This document shows, piece by piece, positions 1 through 9,919 of a stretch of 62,504 nt of DNA (within the stretch, counting starts at the first letter, position 1; each line of letters starts with the position of its first letter). The notes beneath the pieces were generated by a model. That model did not search any database. It saw nothing but the letters and a program-made list of their open reading frames with translations, and was not told the origin of the DNA. A program made the position numbers and the translations under genes. This DNA is from a virus (lineage: Duplodnaviria > Caudoviricetes), in the IMG/VR virus record IMGVR_UViG_3300005914_000007, positions 1 to 62,504 of that record, one strand, 5' to 3'.

Positions 1-2405
1 CCCGTGGCAATCATAGCATAGTTACCAATAGCAATCGAATTGCTTGAAAATGATGCACTAGGATCAATACCTGTATTCGAACCTAAAAATATACTATGAC
101 TAGCTCCATCACCACCAGCACCAAACCCAATGGATACATTAAAATTACCTTCCGATGAATTCCCACCTGATCCAAAGCCAATAAATACGTTATTACTTCC
201 AATAGTGTTATCAACACCCGATGAATATCCCATAAATGTATTATTATTCCCAGATGTATTTACAACTCCAGAATCTCTACCCATAAATGAATTTTGTATT
301 CCTAGGTTATTATTATAACCGGCTCTTGACCCAACGAATGTATTCAAACCACCAGTCACATTTGAGAATCCAGCAGAATATCCAATGAAAGTGTTACAAT
401 GACCTCCGATGTTTGCATTACCAGCCAAAGAACCCATGAATGTATTAAAATTACCAAAACCGTTACTATTACCAGAATCATTACCAACGAATGTATTATC
501 AACTCCGATGCAGTTATTAGCACCAGAATGATATCCGAAAAATGAATTCCTAGATACTGTGTTCTTCCTTCCCGCACAACGACCCACGATTGTATTCTGA
601 AGTCCATTAGTATTTGAACATCCTGCCCCGCTTCCCACAAATGTGTTATCACTACCACCTAGATTTCCAGAACCAGTTTCATAACCGATAAATACATTCC
701 CATCACCAGTTTCACTAAACTGTCCAGCAAACGCACCAATAAATGTATTTAGGAAACCCGTAGAATTTGTTAAACCAGCACCCTTACCGATAAATACATT
801 ACCAACACCGCTTGTATTTCTCAACCCAGCCTCTTCACCAATAAAAACGTTGTAATCTCCTTGGCTTACTTTACCAGCATTACTACCAATAATAACTGAA
901 CCAGTTGTACCAGTAGTATCTTTCCCGGCATTTCTACCAATAAGTACAGAATCGAATACAGCAGTCGAGGCCGATCCGGCACCAACACCTAAATAAACAT
1001 ATCCATTACCAACATTAGAATTCGTTTTCCCTGTTATATAAATAGATTCATTCGAAACATCTATATAATCGATAGCAGGACCAGTTGCTCCCGTTGATCC
1101 AGTTACACCACTTGAACCAGTTGCTCCAGTTGATCCAGTTACACCACTTGGACCAGTTGCTCCAGTTGATCCAGTTACACCACTTGGACCAGTTGCTCCA
1201 GTTACACCACTTGGACCAGTTGCTCCCGTTGATCCAGTTACACCACTTGAACCAGTTGAACCAGTTGCTCCCGTTGATCCAGTTACACCACTTGGACCAG
1301 TTGCTCCCGTTGCTCCAACAGGACCAATAGCATCATATACTTCTAGATTACCAGGATTAGATATCGTAGAACCGGTAGCTGAAATTAATGAACCATTAAC
1401 AACAACTACTCTAGCAAACGTTCCTATATCCAATGTACCGAATACATACATATCTCCATATACAAAATATGTTTGATAATCATCAACTCTTAATGTTTCA
1501 CCCACACCTATTGTGTGTTGTGGATATACTGGTGTCGTTGGTGTCGTATACATAATTATACTCGAACCAGTAGAATAAACACCAATCCCAGTTCCTCCGG
1601 AAATATCAATCTCAACAGTTCTTGTTCCAAGACTTTGTTGTGTTATGTTTATTCCAGTTCCTCCAATAACATCTGAAACAAGATTAAATTGTTGTACAGA
1701 GGCACTTCCTATATTATTAATTGTACCAGAACCACTTATAGTACCGTTTAATAATACTACTTTACCATAGTTATTTAACAATCCATCAATCTGTAAATCA
1801 CCATATGATAAATACATTGATTGAGTGGAGACGCTTACAGTAGTTCCTGATGGTATATTCCACTGTGGATAAAGTGGATCATCTACGAATTCTTGTTTTG
1901 ACCATGTTGTATCTAGATATGTGTAAATTGGACCCGGTACATCATCAACTCTCACAGACATTCCCTCGGTAGGTATTGTATAAGTCCAAGTACCACTAAA
2001 TTGAGCAATTTGATTATCTTTACCCAACCATCCATTTATACCACCGAATATGAGATATCTATCTCCGTTACTCGGAACTAATACTGATGGATCATCAGTT
2101 ATAGATATGACCGAATCTTGCCACTCGTTCATAGAACTATCACCAATAGCAAGTAACTGCCAATTTGAATTATCAAAAAGATCCGTTGTTACTAACTGTT
2201 TAAGTTGATAGAATTCATCACTAGCTTCTGTATAAACTAACATACCAAATTCTCTTCGGTCAGTTGGTATTTGATTACGTCCAGCTAAATCATCAACTGA
2301 ATGAAGACCACCTCTTATCTCATCAGCAAATGCCGTTGGAATTGTCATACCAGTTGATAAAGGTCTTATTGGTGAAGATACCAGTGTTCCAATGTTATTT
2401 GCCAT
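1..2405 (-). CDS. Tail fibre / receptor-binding protein (runs off window start): DUF2793-like N-domain, collagen segment, beta-helical N-x-F-x-G-x-x-A-G repeats
   Basis: Open frame read by hand from ATG 2405 ([15 protein letters not shown]); [22 protein letters not shown] motif; G-X-Y repeats; many NTFVG..AG repeats; absent from ORF track because no stop in window. Confidence 0.8.
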   Translation of the reverse strand, partial: MANNIGTLVSSPIRPLSTGMTIPTAFADEIRGGLHSVDDLAGRNQIPTDRREFGMLVYTEASDEFYQLKQLVTTDLFDNSNWQLLAIGDSSMNEWQDSVISITDDPSVLVPSNGDRYLIFGGINGWLGKDNQIAQFSGTWTYTIPTEGMSVRVDDVPGPIYTYLDTTWSKQEFVDDPLYPQWNIPSGTTVSVSTQSMYLSYGDLQIDGLLNNYGKVVLLNGTISGSGTINNIGSASVQQFNLVSDVIGGTGINITQQSLGTRTVEIDISGGTGIGVYSTGSSIIMYTTPTTPVYPQHTIGVGETLRVDDYQTYFVYGDMYVFGTLDIGTFARVVVVNGSLISATGSTISNPGNLEVYDAIGPVGATGATGPSGVTGSTGATGSTGSSGVTGSTGATGPSGVTGATGPSGVTGSTGATGPSGVTGSTGATGSSGVTGSTGATGPAIDYIDVSNESIYITGKTNSNVGNGYVYLGVGAGSASTAVFDSVLIGRNAGKDTTGTTGSVIIGSNAGKVSQGDYNVFIGEEAGLRNTSGVGNVFIGKGAGLTNSTGFLNTFIGAFAGQFSETGDGNVFIGYETGSGNLGGSDNTFVGSGAGCSNTNGLQNTIVGRCAGRKNTVSRNSFFGYHSGANNCIGVDNTFVGNDSGNSNGFGNFNTFMGSLAGNANIGGHCNTFIGYSAGFSNVTGGLNTFVGSRAGYNNNLGIQNSFMGRDSGVVNTSGNNNTFMGYSSGVDNTIGSNNVFIGFGSGGNSSEGNFNVSIGFGAGGDGASHSIFLGSNTGIDPSASFSSNSIAIGNYAMIAT
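1078..1325 (-). repeat. Collagen-coding tandem repeat ([12 protein letters not shown] units)
   Basis: ccagttgctc/ccagttgatc/ccagttacaccacttg units repeated in 9-nt registers. Confidence 0.95.
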
Positions 2406-2447
2406 TTAATATAATTATTTTATCTATATATTAAACGTTGTAATCTA

Positions 2448-3026
2448 TTAACTGAAGTCGGTGGGTAAATCGAATGTTTCTATTTTATCACCAAAACGTA
2501 TTATAGTTTTATTGATTAATTTTTTCATATTATACAATACTAATACACGCTCACCCCATACAAAGGCATTTTCAACTATTTGATAATCAATTCCTTGTTC
2601 CAAAAAGAATTGAACTAGTTCTCCCGTTCTACTAGGTCTAAGTGCATCATTATTAATTAATGAGTTATTTAATATGTAAGCTTTAACAAAACCACCACGA
2701 TTATGTAGGTCAAGTGATTTATTAACATCTTTTCGTTTTCTACTCACCACATTATTAGAAACAAATCTTTTAACATCATCTATACTTATTTTAACATCAT
2801 TAAGATCGGTTCCCTCTTCGATGGTTACCTTATACATTTTACGACCTCCCTTAGCGTATTTCTGAGCAGTTTCATAATGTGTTGTTAAATATAATCCAGG
2901 ACCAGATTCATATCGACCCCTTTTCTGTGTTTTTTTATCATACGATTCTTCAAGAATTCCACCATGCCAAAATTCCATCGCCAATGAGATTTTTTCAAAA
3001 ACTTTATATCTTTTTAAAAAATTCAT
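2448..3026 (-). CDS. ADP-ribosyltransferase-like protein
   Basis: FWHGG...GPGLYLTT..ETAQKYA...GERVLV resembles the H-Y-E ART fold. Confidence 0.55.
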   Translation of the reverse strand: MNFLKRYKVFEKISLAMEFWHGGILEESYDKKTQKRGRYESGPGLYLTTHYETAQKYAKGGRKMYKVTIEEGTDLNDVKISIDDVKRFVSNNVVSRKRKDVNKSLDLHNRGGFVKAYILNNSLINNDALRPSRTGELVQFFLEQGIDYQIVENAFVWGERVLVLYNMKKLINKTIIRFGDKIETFDLPTDFS

Positions 3027-3067
3027 AATCTATATATTAAACATATATTAATGAATTCACTTCTTTA

Positions 3068-3110
3068 TGAACTACACATCAGCTAAAGACTGATGTGTTT
3101 TACGTTCCGT
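3068..3110 (-). mobile_element. 43-bp IS200/IS605-type mini element (left tip + hairpin + right tip)
   Basis: ACGGAACGTAAAACACATCAGTCTTTAGCTGATGTGTAGTTCA, near-identical to 12476 and 54256 copies. Confidence 0.7.
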
Positions 3111-3967
3111 TATATAAAGTGACCAATATTATCCCATAGAAATTTATAAACATCATTCACATCATATCTAACAACAATTATATCTATAAATATTTCCTCA
3201 CATAATTCAGTCCGTTTATTATTTAGTTCACATAAATTTTTATAAGTTTCTTTACCACCATACAATTCGATTGGTTGATAATTCTGCCTTGTTCTAAAAT
3301 CAATCACCTTACCAATAGAAGGAATATAAAAATCAAATGTTATATCAGTGGAATTGAATACATGATTTCTAGAATATGTAAGATTGTATCTATCTAAGAA
3401 TTTCACAATATCAGATACACTATCAAATTCAGAACAATCTTTACAATGTGTGAAAGAATTCAAATGTGATGATGCCTTTATTTCAATCTTTCCATGTTTA
3501 CTACAAACCAATTGTATCTGTGAATTTAAATTCGTATAATCATCTAATATATAATTATATTGATACTGATATATCATATTAGATCGATTTATGAAATTTT
3601 CAGCATCAACTCTATTAACAATATGACCTTTTAGATGTGATTTAGCCATCTGGTTCACATATCTATCTAAATGTGTGTCAAATATAGACACTGTTTTATT
3701 CATTCCATCAAATACACATCTATCATATATAAATCTATCTTTCCAAATTAATTGTGATTGTTCGATGAATTGATTATTACTCATCTTAATAGGAGTCTTC
3801 TCAGGAGATTTACCAGACAAGTGTTTACCTGGTGTCTGATAATACATTTCATCACCGTATATGATACATACAGGTGTTCTGTAATTGATATAATTTACCT
3901 CCGAATAATCATATTTATATCCCCACGTTAATTTAGCCTTTCTTAAGAAATTTCTTTTTTTACTCAT
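3110..3967 (-). CDS. Homing-endonuclease-like protein (DUF723-like repeats + degenerate Vsr/DUF559-type nuclease)
   Basis: KYDYSEVNY..C..HG..HL repeats; FDFYIP...IDF C-terminal domain. Confidence 0.6.
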   Translation of the reverse strand: MSKKRNFLRKAKLTWGYKYDYSEVNYINYRTPVCIIYGDEMYYQTPGKHLSGKSPEKTPIKMSNNQFIEQSQLIWKDRFIYDRCVFDGMNKTVSIFDTHLDRYVNQMAKSHLKGHIVNRVDAENFINRSNMIYQYQYNYILDDYTNLNSQIQLVCSKHGKIEIKASSHLNSFTHCKDCSEFDSVSDIVKFLDRYNLTYSRNHVFNSTDITFDFYIPSIGKVIDFRTRQNYQPIELYGGKETYKNLCELNNKRTELCEEIFIDIIVVRYDVNDVYKFLWDNIGHFI

Positions 3968-4038
3968 TTGATTATCAGTCTTTATGTATATATAAGTTAA
4001 TTCACACCCCCTTGAAAATTCTTTCCCGACTCGATTTG

Positions 4039-4065
4039 AAACAGAGTGTGTTTTATTTGATATAT
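4039..4065 (+). promoter_or_regulatory. Putative middle promoter AAAC-N17-ATATA
   Basis: Same spacing recurs upstream of about 10 replication/metabolism genes. Confidence 0.55.
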
Positions 4066-4085
4066 ATTAAAAAGAATGAATTTAA

Positions 4086-5303
4086 ATGGCTAAAAAACAA
4101 AGTAAAAAAGAAGGGTTCTCATTCTCGAAAGTGGGCGACCTATTAAATAGTATTACATCGAAAGTTGCAATTGTGATTGAAACAGAAGCAAAAGAAAAGA
4201 AGTTTATCTCAACAGGAGTATATCTCTTAGATGCCGCACTCTCAGCACGTATGTTGGGTGGTGGTATCGAATATGGTAAAATATTCACCGTAGCAGGAGA
4301 CTCAGGAACTGGAAAATCTTTCGTAGCATTATCGGCTGCTAAAAACGCACAAAGAGATGGTATGGGTGTTATTTACATCGATACCGAATATTCAATTCAA
4401 TTTGGTGACTTACCAAATTATGGTATTGATAATGATCCTGAAAAATTCAAATTGGTTAGGTCAAATAAAGTTGAAGATATAAATATTCTACTTTCCCAAT
4501 TATTGGATGAATTAAAACAAGAGAAGTTGAAGAATGGTTCTATACAACCGTTCCTTATTGTACTTGACTCACTTGGTCAAATGTCTTCTAATAAAGAAAA
4601 GACTGACTTACTTAAAGGTGATCTCAAAGTTGATATGACAAGAGCTAAAGCAATGGCTGCAATGTTTCGTTCAATTAACAGTGACCTTGGGTACTTGAAT
4701 ATACCAATGATTGTGTGTAACCACGTATATCTAGAACAAGGATCGATGTATCCTCAACAAATACTTAAAGGTGGTAAGGCTCTTGTTTATTCAAGTTCTG
4801 TTATCGGTATGATGAGTAAAGCTAAATTGAAGACTGGTCAAGAAGATGATATGGACCTCGGTGCATCAGGTATCGTAGTGACATTCAAAACTGCCAAAAA
4901 TAGATTGGCTAAACCAAAGAAAATAAAATTCGAAATATCTTTTGTATCAGGTTTGAATCCTTTCACTGGATTAGATGCTTTTTGCCAACCAGAGTTCTAT
5001 GAAGAAATTGGGATTGCTAAAGGTAAAGAAGAAGTTGATAAAAGTACGGGAGAAATTACTTTCAAACCAGGTGGTGTAAGATGGTATGTAAGACACCTTG
5101 GGAAGTCAGTATTCACCAAGGATTTATTCAAAGCTAACGTATTCACAGATGAAGTTATGAAGAAAATGGAGCCGATTGTAAATGATTATTTCAGATACCG
5201 ATCAATCGATGAAATCGAAGATGCTGTAAATGAATTTGATGATATTCAAGAAGATGATCCAACAGATTATGACGAGTTTAACGCTGATGAATTATTTCAA
5301 TAA
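4086..5303 (+). CDS. uvsX: RecA-like recombinase
   Basis: ISTG..LD..LS, Walker A GDSGTGKS, YIDTE, VLDSLG, GGKAL.Y. Confidence 0.93.
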   Translation: MAKKQSKKEGFSFSKVGDLLNSITSKVAIVIETEAKEKKFISTGVYLLDAALSARMLGGGIEYGKIFTVAGDSGTGKSFVALSAAKNAQRDGMGVIYIDTEYSIQFGDLPNYGIDNDPEKFKLVRSNKVEDINILLSQLLDELKQEKLKNGSIQPFLIVLDSLGQMSSNKEKTDLLKGDLKVDMTRAKAMAAMFRSINSDLGYLNIPMIVCNHVYLEQGSMYPQQILKGGKALVYSSSVIGMMSKAKLKTGQEDDMDLGASGIVVTFKTAKNRLAKPKKIKFEISFVSGLNPFTGLDAFCQPEFYEEIGIAKGKEEVDKSTGEITFKPGGVRWYVRHLGKSVFTKDLFKANVFTDEVMKKMEPIVNDYFRYRSIDEIEDAVNEFDDIQEDDPTDYDEFNADELFQ

Positions 5304-5453
5304 ATAATAGTAATTATGAAAGTCGTATTATATAAAACAAACAAAAAAGGATTAGTCCAATATCGTTATAGAGGAAAATTTCTATTCAAGGCTGGTAGTA
5401 GTAATGTCACAAACACAAAATACAACTTTCAATGATATTATTTGATTTATATG

Positions 5454-5497
5454 ACGGAACGTAAAACACACAAGTCTTTAGCTTGTGTGATGTAAGT
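5454..5497 (+). mobile_element. IS200/IS605-type left-end copy
   Basis: ACGGAACGTAAAACACACAAGTCTTTAGCTTGTGTGATGTAAGT; perfect hairpin, different 3' tip from the 43-bp copies. Confidence 0.65.
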
Positions 5498-5516
5498 AAG
5501 TATAAATCAAATCATT

Positions 5517-5542
5517 AAAAGCCCTCAGAGATGAGGGCTTTT
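5517..5542. terminator. Intrinsic terminator, possibly bidirectional
   Basis: AAAAGCCCTCA-gaga-TGAGGGCTTTT. Confidence 0.8.
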
Positions 5543-5550
5543 AATTTTTT

Positions 5551-5937
5551 ATGTATATATTTACAATGTGTATACAAAAATGTCATAAAGAAAAACTGAA
5601 CATGAGAACAACATACGGAAATCACGGAAATATCTTTGAAGACCAATACAAATATATGGAGTTTAGATTACTGGCTAAAAAGTCAGGAAAACTTAATACT
5701 TCCGATGAAGATATTAGTCAGTTAGAAGACCAAATGAAAGAAATTAGAAAACAATTCAAAGTTGACGAAAAAATAGAAAAAGTAGAACAGACAGAAGAAG
5801 TTGTACTTCTATCTAAGATTTCAAAACTAGAAAACACATTAAATAATAAAAAATTCTTAGATAATGTAAGTGATTCGGTTAAAGACGTTAAAGTTAAAGA
5901 ACTTGAAAAATTAAAAGAAGAACTTGAAAAGTTTTAA
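5551..5937 (+). CDS. Coiled-coil protein, C-terminus resembles ValRS tRNA-binding arm (start may be 5602)
   Basis: LLSKISKLENTLNNKKFLDNVSDSVKDVKVKELEKL. Confidence 0.45.
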   Translation: MYIFTMCIQKCHKEKLNMRTTYGNHGNIFEDQYKYMEFRLLAKKSGKLNTSDEDISQLEDQMKEIRKQFKVDEKIEKVEQTEEVVLLSKISKLENTLNNKKFLDNVSDSVKDVKVKELEKLKEELEKF

Positions 5938-5967
5938 GAAATGTAAGTTGTAGTTCATACTACAACA

Positions 5968-6204
5968 TTATAAATATTTATTGTAAGTTCCACCGATATT
6001 ATTAGTAGTTACTAAGTAATTTTTAGGTCCAGTAATTCGATAGGGACTTATTTTTGAAATCTGATTAGGGTACTTTGTGAAATACTCTACTAGTTCTTTC
6101 TTAATATCATATTCGTCTTGCTCATTATCAATATCCATCATAAGTGATAGCTTATACCAATTGTTATCTACGTAGTTCTGTATTTCTGAAGGTGTATGTT
6201 CCAT
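5968..6204 (-). CDS. Hypothetical protein
   Basis: ORF track; co-oriented with upstream gene. Confidence 0.65.
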   Translation of the reverse strand: MEHTPSEIQNYVDNNWYKLSLMMDIDNEQDEYDIKKELVEYFTKYPNQISKISPYRITGPKNYLVTTNNIGGTYNKYL

Positions 6205-6230
6205 AAAGTAAATAAAAAATTAGATAGTTA

Positions 6231-6932
6231 TCATGATGTTACATGTTTTTGACTCGGATTCATACCGATAAATCCCAACTCTGTTTTTTTAACTTCTTCA
6301 CATCCAAGAATTTCTTTCAAAACCTCGGTAACTTTTTCGTGTGTTAAGAACTCCTCACAATATTTTGCCAATTTATTCTCATCTAAGAATTTACCAATTT
6401 CTAATTCCACTGAAAATCCCTTTACTTTAACTTTCGATGTCTTAACAGATTCTTCAACCATACCTTTCATATTTTCCGTAATAGCCGTTATATCATCTTT
6501 CGTGAATACAACACAATCACTATCAGAAAGAATACCATCAACATTAAACATATGTTTTGCCGGATTGGTCACATTTATTCTACTCAAAGATGTATCAAAG
6601 GCATCGGCCAAAATTTTCTCGTGTTGTAAACCGGCATTTGGTAAGTTACTATAAACATCAACCTCATTATTCTCAATAGATTCTGATACGAAACTTTCAA
6701 ATGTTAAAACTTGATCTATTTCCATAGAAACTCTATCATTGATTATATCATCTATAACACGACCGATAAGGTTTATGTCTGATAGACCATTCTTTTCTAA
6801 GAATGAATCAACTCTCGATTTACTTAAATATTTTTTAAGCTTTGATGGCTTTATATTCCATTCTTCTAAATAAGCATCAATGTACTTATTAACAAGATCA
6901 TAGTACTTATTTAGATCTTCTCGTGTCTTCAT
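6231..6932 (-). CDS. Hypothetical late protein (start revised to MKTREDL)
   Basis: ATG follows a TATATA box; internal LTFESFVSES motif. Confidence 0.7.
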   Translation of the reverse strand: MKTREDLNKYYDLVNKYIDAYLEEWNIKPSKLKKYLSKSRVDSFLEKNGLSDINLIGRVIDDIINDRVSMEIDQVLTFESFVSESIENNEVDVYSNLPNAGLQHEKILADAFDTSLSRINVTNPAKHMFNVDGILSDSDCVVFTKDDITAITENMKGMVEESVKTSKVKVKGFSVELEIGKFLDENKLAKYCEEFLTHEKVTEVLKEILGCEEVKKTELGFIGMNPSQKHVTS

Positions 6933-7018
6933 ACAACTATATATAAAATACACAAACCTTAAAACCTTCACAAAATTAAGTGTATAATAATAAATTAACT
7001 AAATTAATATTAAACTAA

Positions 7019-7213
7019 ATGAAGACTAAATTAAACCAAGTACAAATAGACTTTCTTACTGACCAACCAGAAACTGGAATGGGATATCAGAAAGTCAATA
7101 TCGTAATGAGTGATGATAATACCATTGATAATGTTACGGTTCTCAATTCAGAGTATTTAGAAACAGATGAGAACATTGACATCAATGAGATTACACACAT
7201 TACTCTAGTGTAA
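7019..7213 (+). CDS. Hypothetical protein (PETGMGYQ motif)
   Basis: ORF track. Confidence 0.7.
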   Translation: MKTKLNQVQIDFLTDQPETGMGYQKVNIVMSDDNTIDNVTVLNSEYLETDENIDINEITHITLV

Positions 7214-7464
7214 TAAAAAAGATAAATTAAATATTAGGAGGTAAAGATTGGGATTTATACATAGGGTTTGAGAGATGTGGATACACAAAAACATTTTTGT
7301 TCTTGTGTCGAAACACGAAGACAAGAGTAACGATTTTACCGATTACTCATCATCTTTATTTTCATTGCTTTCACCATACATGATATTTGGAAAACCACAC
7401 TATAAGTCGGGTTTTTTGTGCAATGTGGATTTTTAATATATAGAAACAAATCCAATCAAACTGA

Positions 7465-8370
7465 ATGTTTTTATCAGCCTCTAAATCTTATCATAACCGA
7501 AAACCGGTCGAGTTCATTATAAAGGAATCTTATAACAATCTCAGAGAAGACCGTGAGTTCATACCAAGATTTTCGTTTAAGGATATAACTGAGTTTAAGA
7601 ACATACCTATAAACGAACCAGTAAAGTATAACCAAGATATAATGGTCAAAGCTATCAAGTATGGTATGATTTTCTTACTAAACTATAAAGGTGAAGAAGA
7701 TAACCACTTCTCCGGACACGAAAGAGTAATATATCCCATGGTTATGGGTCGATCATCAAAGGGTAAGGTTTTGTTAAGAGGTTGGCACTTGAATGGATGG
7801 TCAGTATCTAAGAACCGACACATCAATAAAATATGGAGGTTATTCCGAGCCGATAGAATACTATCAATGACATTTACTGGATCATTCTACCGTTTGGCCC
7901 CACAAGGTTATAAAATGTATGATAAAGGAATGAGAGGTGGTATAATTGCCAGTGCTGATTTTAATGCAATCCGTAGAAATCAACAGGCTCTTGTTAAAAA
8001 GAATCACTTACAGAACAGAGATGAAGTATCACTTGGCACAGACGATAGAAAATTTGCAACTATACGTATAACACAAACAGATTCAAAGCTAGATTTAAAA
8101 GCAGCCGATGAGAATCCATACATAAACAACTTAAAGAGTGTTGATAATGTACGTATTAGTTTTCTGAAGTCAATATATGGATCACAGTATATAGCTGTAT
8201 TAGGAGCAATCGGAAGACCTGGTAACACAATTAAAGTATTAACCGATGCTGGTGATAACTTAGGAATTTATAAAGTATTAGACTCAACTACTGGTGCGGT
8301 ATTGAAGAATGTTAAAAATGTCAAGGGTAATAATATATACGACCTTTATGTTTTTGATAAGAAATTGTAA
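7465..8370 (+). CDS. WYL-domain-like protein
   Basis: ERVIYP..G...LLRGW...WRLFRADRILS. Confidence 0.6.
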   Translation: MFLSASKSYHNRKPVEFIIKESYNNLREDREFIPRFSFKDITEFKNIPINEPVKYNQDIMVKAIKYGMIFLLNYKGEEDNHFSGHERVIYPMVMGRSSKGKVLLRGWHLNGWSVSKNRHINKIWRLFRADRILSMTFTGSFYRLAPQGYKMYDKGMRGGIIASADFNAIRRNQQALVKKNHLQNRDEVSLGTDDRKFATIRITQTDSKLDLKAADENPYINNLKSVDNVRISFLKSIYGSQYIAVLGAIGRPGNTIKVLTDAGDNLGIYKVLDSTTGAVLKNVKNVKGNNIYDLYVFDKKL

Positions 8371-8399
8371 ACATTACCGTATAACAATATATAACAAAC

Positions 8400-8891
8400 A
8401 TGCAGGCATATAGTCAACAAGAATTAGATCATATAAAGAAAGTAAAAGATAAGAATGACCGATTAGAAAACTTTTTTCTTCAAAAAAGAGAAGTATGGTC
8501 CAAAGATTTAAAACCTCTTTTCGAAGTAGTCAAACTCCAACTAACACGGGAAACATCTATACGTATCACAGAAACACAATCACTAGCTTTGGCTTACCGA
8601 CAGAGAGCAAATGAACACATTTCCGAATTTCTAGACAAACGATCTAGACAAGATGTCAAAATAAAGAAACTAAAACAAGACAAGTTCTTATTTTACGCAA
8701 CCGGATTTGGTGTAAAGACCAATTATGGTGAAAAACAAATTCTTATCGAAGCTCACTTGGGTGAAGAACAGAGAAATATGGAAATTATTGAAAATTATAT
8801 TGAATTTCTTAGATTGATGAATAAAAACCTTGAAGCATTACAATACACTATTAAGAACATCATCGAACTTTTCAACATACTATCTAGATAA
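8400..8891 (+). CDS. UvsY-like recombination mediator
   Basis: Helical 163 aa, EKQILIEA...IEFL...LQYTIKNIIE pattern; middle promoter upstream. Confidence 0.5.
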   Translation: MQAYSQQELDHIKKVKDKNDRLENFFLQKREVWSKDLKPLFEVVKLQLTRETSIRITETQSLALAYRQRANEHISEFLDKRSRQDVKIKKLKQDKFLFYATGFGVKTNYGEKQILIEAHLGEEQRNMEIIENYIEFLRLMNKNLEALQYTIKNIIELFNILSR

Positions 8892-8926
8892 TTTGAACTT
8901 TTCAAAACACAACACATATATTATAC

Positions 8927-9235
8927 ATGATTTACATTGCTAAAAAAGATATTTATATACTCGATAAAGTAATATTCAGTGAGGGTGAAGAAATACTAGT
9001 TGAGAATAATATCGTTAAGAAAAATTCGGATGGTATAAAAATATCATTACCACTAGAAGATTTTAAATCAGATTTTTATATAAAACACAAAACTATTGAT
9101 GTTAAATTTAAAGAATTAGATCAGACCGATGAACAAGTTTGTACGTGGAGATTACAGTTGGATGTCAAAACTACACGCACAAAGGCAAAAGAAATTGAGA
9201 AGTTTCTGAGAGAAAGCTTGGAATCAATGATTTAA
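8927..9235 (+). CDS. Hypothetical protein
   Basis: ORF track. Confidence 0.7.
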   Translation: MIYIAKKDIYILDKVIFSEGEEILVENNIVKKNSDGIKISLPLEDFKSDFYIKHKTIDVKFKELDQTDEQVCTWRLQLDVKTTRTKAKEIEKFLRESLESMI

Positions 9236-9252
9236 TTTATAATTTTGTAACG

Positions 9253-9855
9253 ATGAAGTTACACATAATTAGAAGTGGAGATTTAATAAAACCATTACCT
9301 ATACCTACCAAAGACGGGAAGTTTGTTATGAAGATGTCTGTCAGATATGTATATGCTGATACTTCTTTAATTTACGATAAAAACGATTTTCTAATGAGAC
9401 TTTATCAGAAAGAAAGAAAGACAAAGGGAACATTAAATATCCGAAGTACACCAATAACAACTAGACATTTTATATGTGTCACTATTAATAATGAAATAAA
9501 ATTCCTATCCCTTGGTAGATCACTCAATATAATGTTGAATGATTATATTTGTGATGTGAACAGTAAAGGACACATTTCAGTAGATATTAAACACAGTAAA
9601 CAAGGATATCTCATATTTGATGGATCTCGTGAAATTGCTATTAGAGGTCATGAACCACTAGTCGATTCAACAGAACTACAAGATTGGGCTGATTATGTTA
9701 GAGAGAATCAAGATTCGTATTTAGAAGATTATATAACCAAACGTAACCTAAGCAGTCAAGAATCCGAACTCGAAAAAATATATTGGCCAGGGTGTCTGAA
9801 CGAACTTATACAAGATGATAGAAACTCAAAACTTGGAAATATACTAAACATATGA
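9253..9855 (+). CDS. Hypothetical protein with C-terminal RNSKLGNIL motif
   Basis: ORF track; TAATTTTG box at 9240-9247. Confidence 0.7.
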   Translation: MKLHIIRSGDLIKPLPIPTKDGKFVMKMSVRYVYADTSLIYDKNDFLMRLYQKERKTKGTLNIRSTPITTRHFICVTINNEIKFLSLGRSLNIMLNDYICDVNSKGHISVDIKHSKQGYLIFDGSREIAIRGHEPLVDSTELQDWADYVRENQDSYLEDYITKRNLSSQESELEKIYWPGCLNELIQDDRNSKLGNILNI

Positions 9856-9919
9856 TTTACATTATAATCATACTTTAATAAACAATTAATTTACAAATTA
9901 ATATAAAAGACAAATCAAC

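Noticed and set aside
130-658. Short ORFs 130..318 and 356..658
   Set aside because: Alternative frames inside the tail fibre gene
1085-1330. [11 protein letters not shown] repeat ORF on + strand
   Set aside because: Antisense shadow of the collagen repeat in the tail fibre
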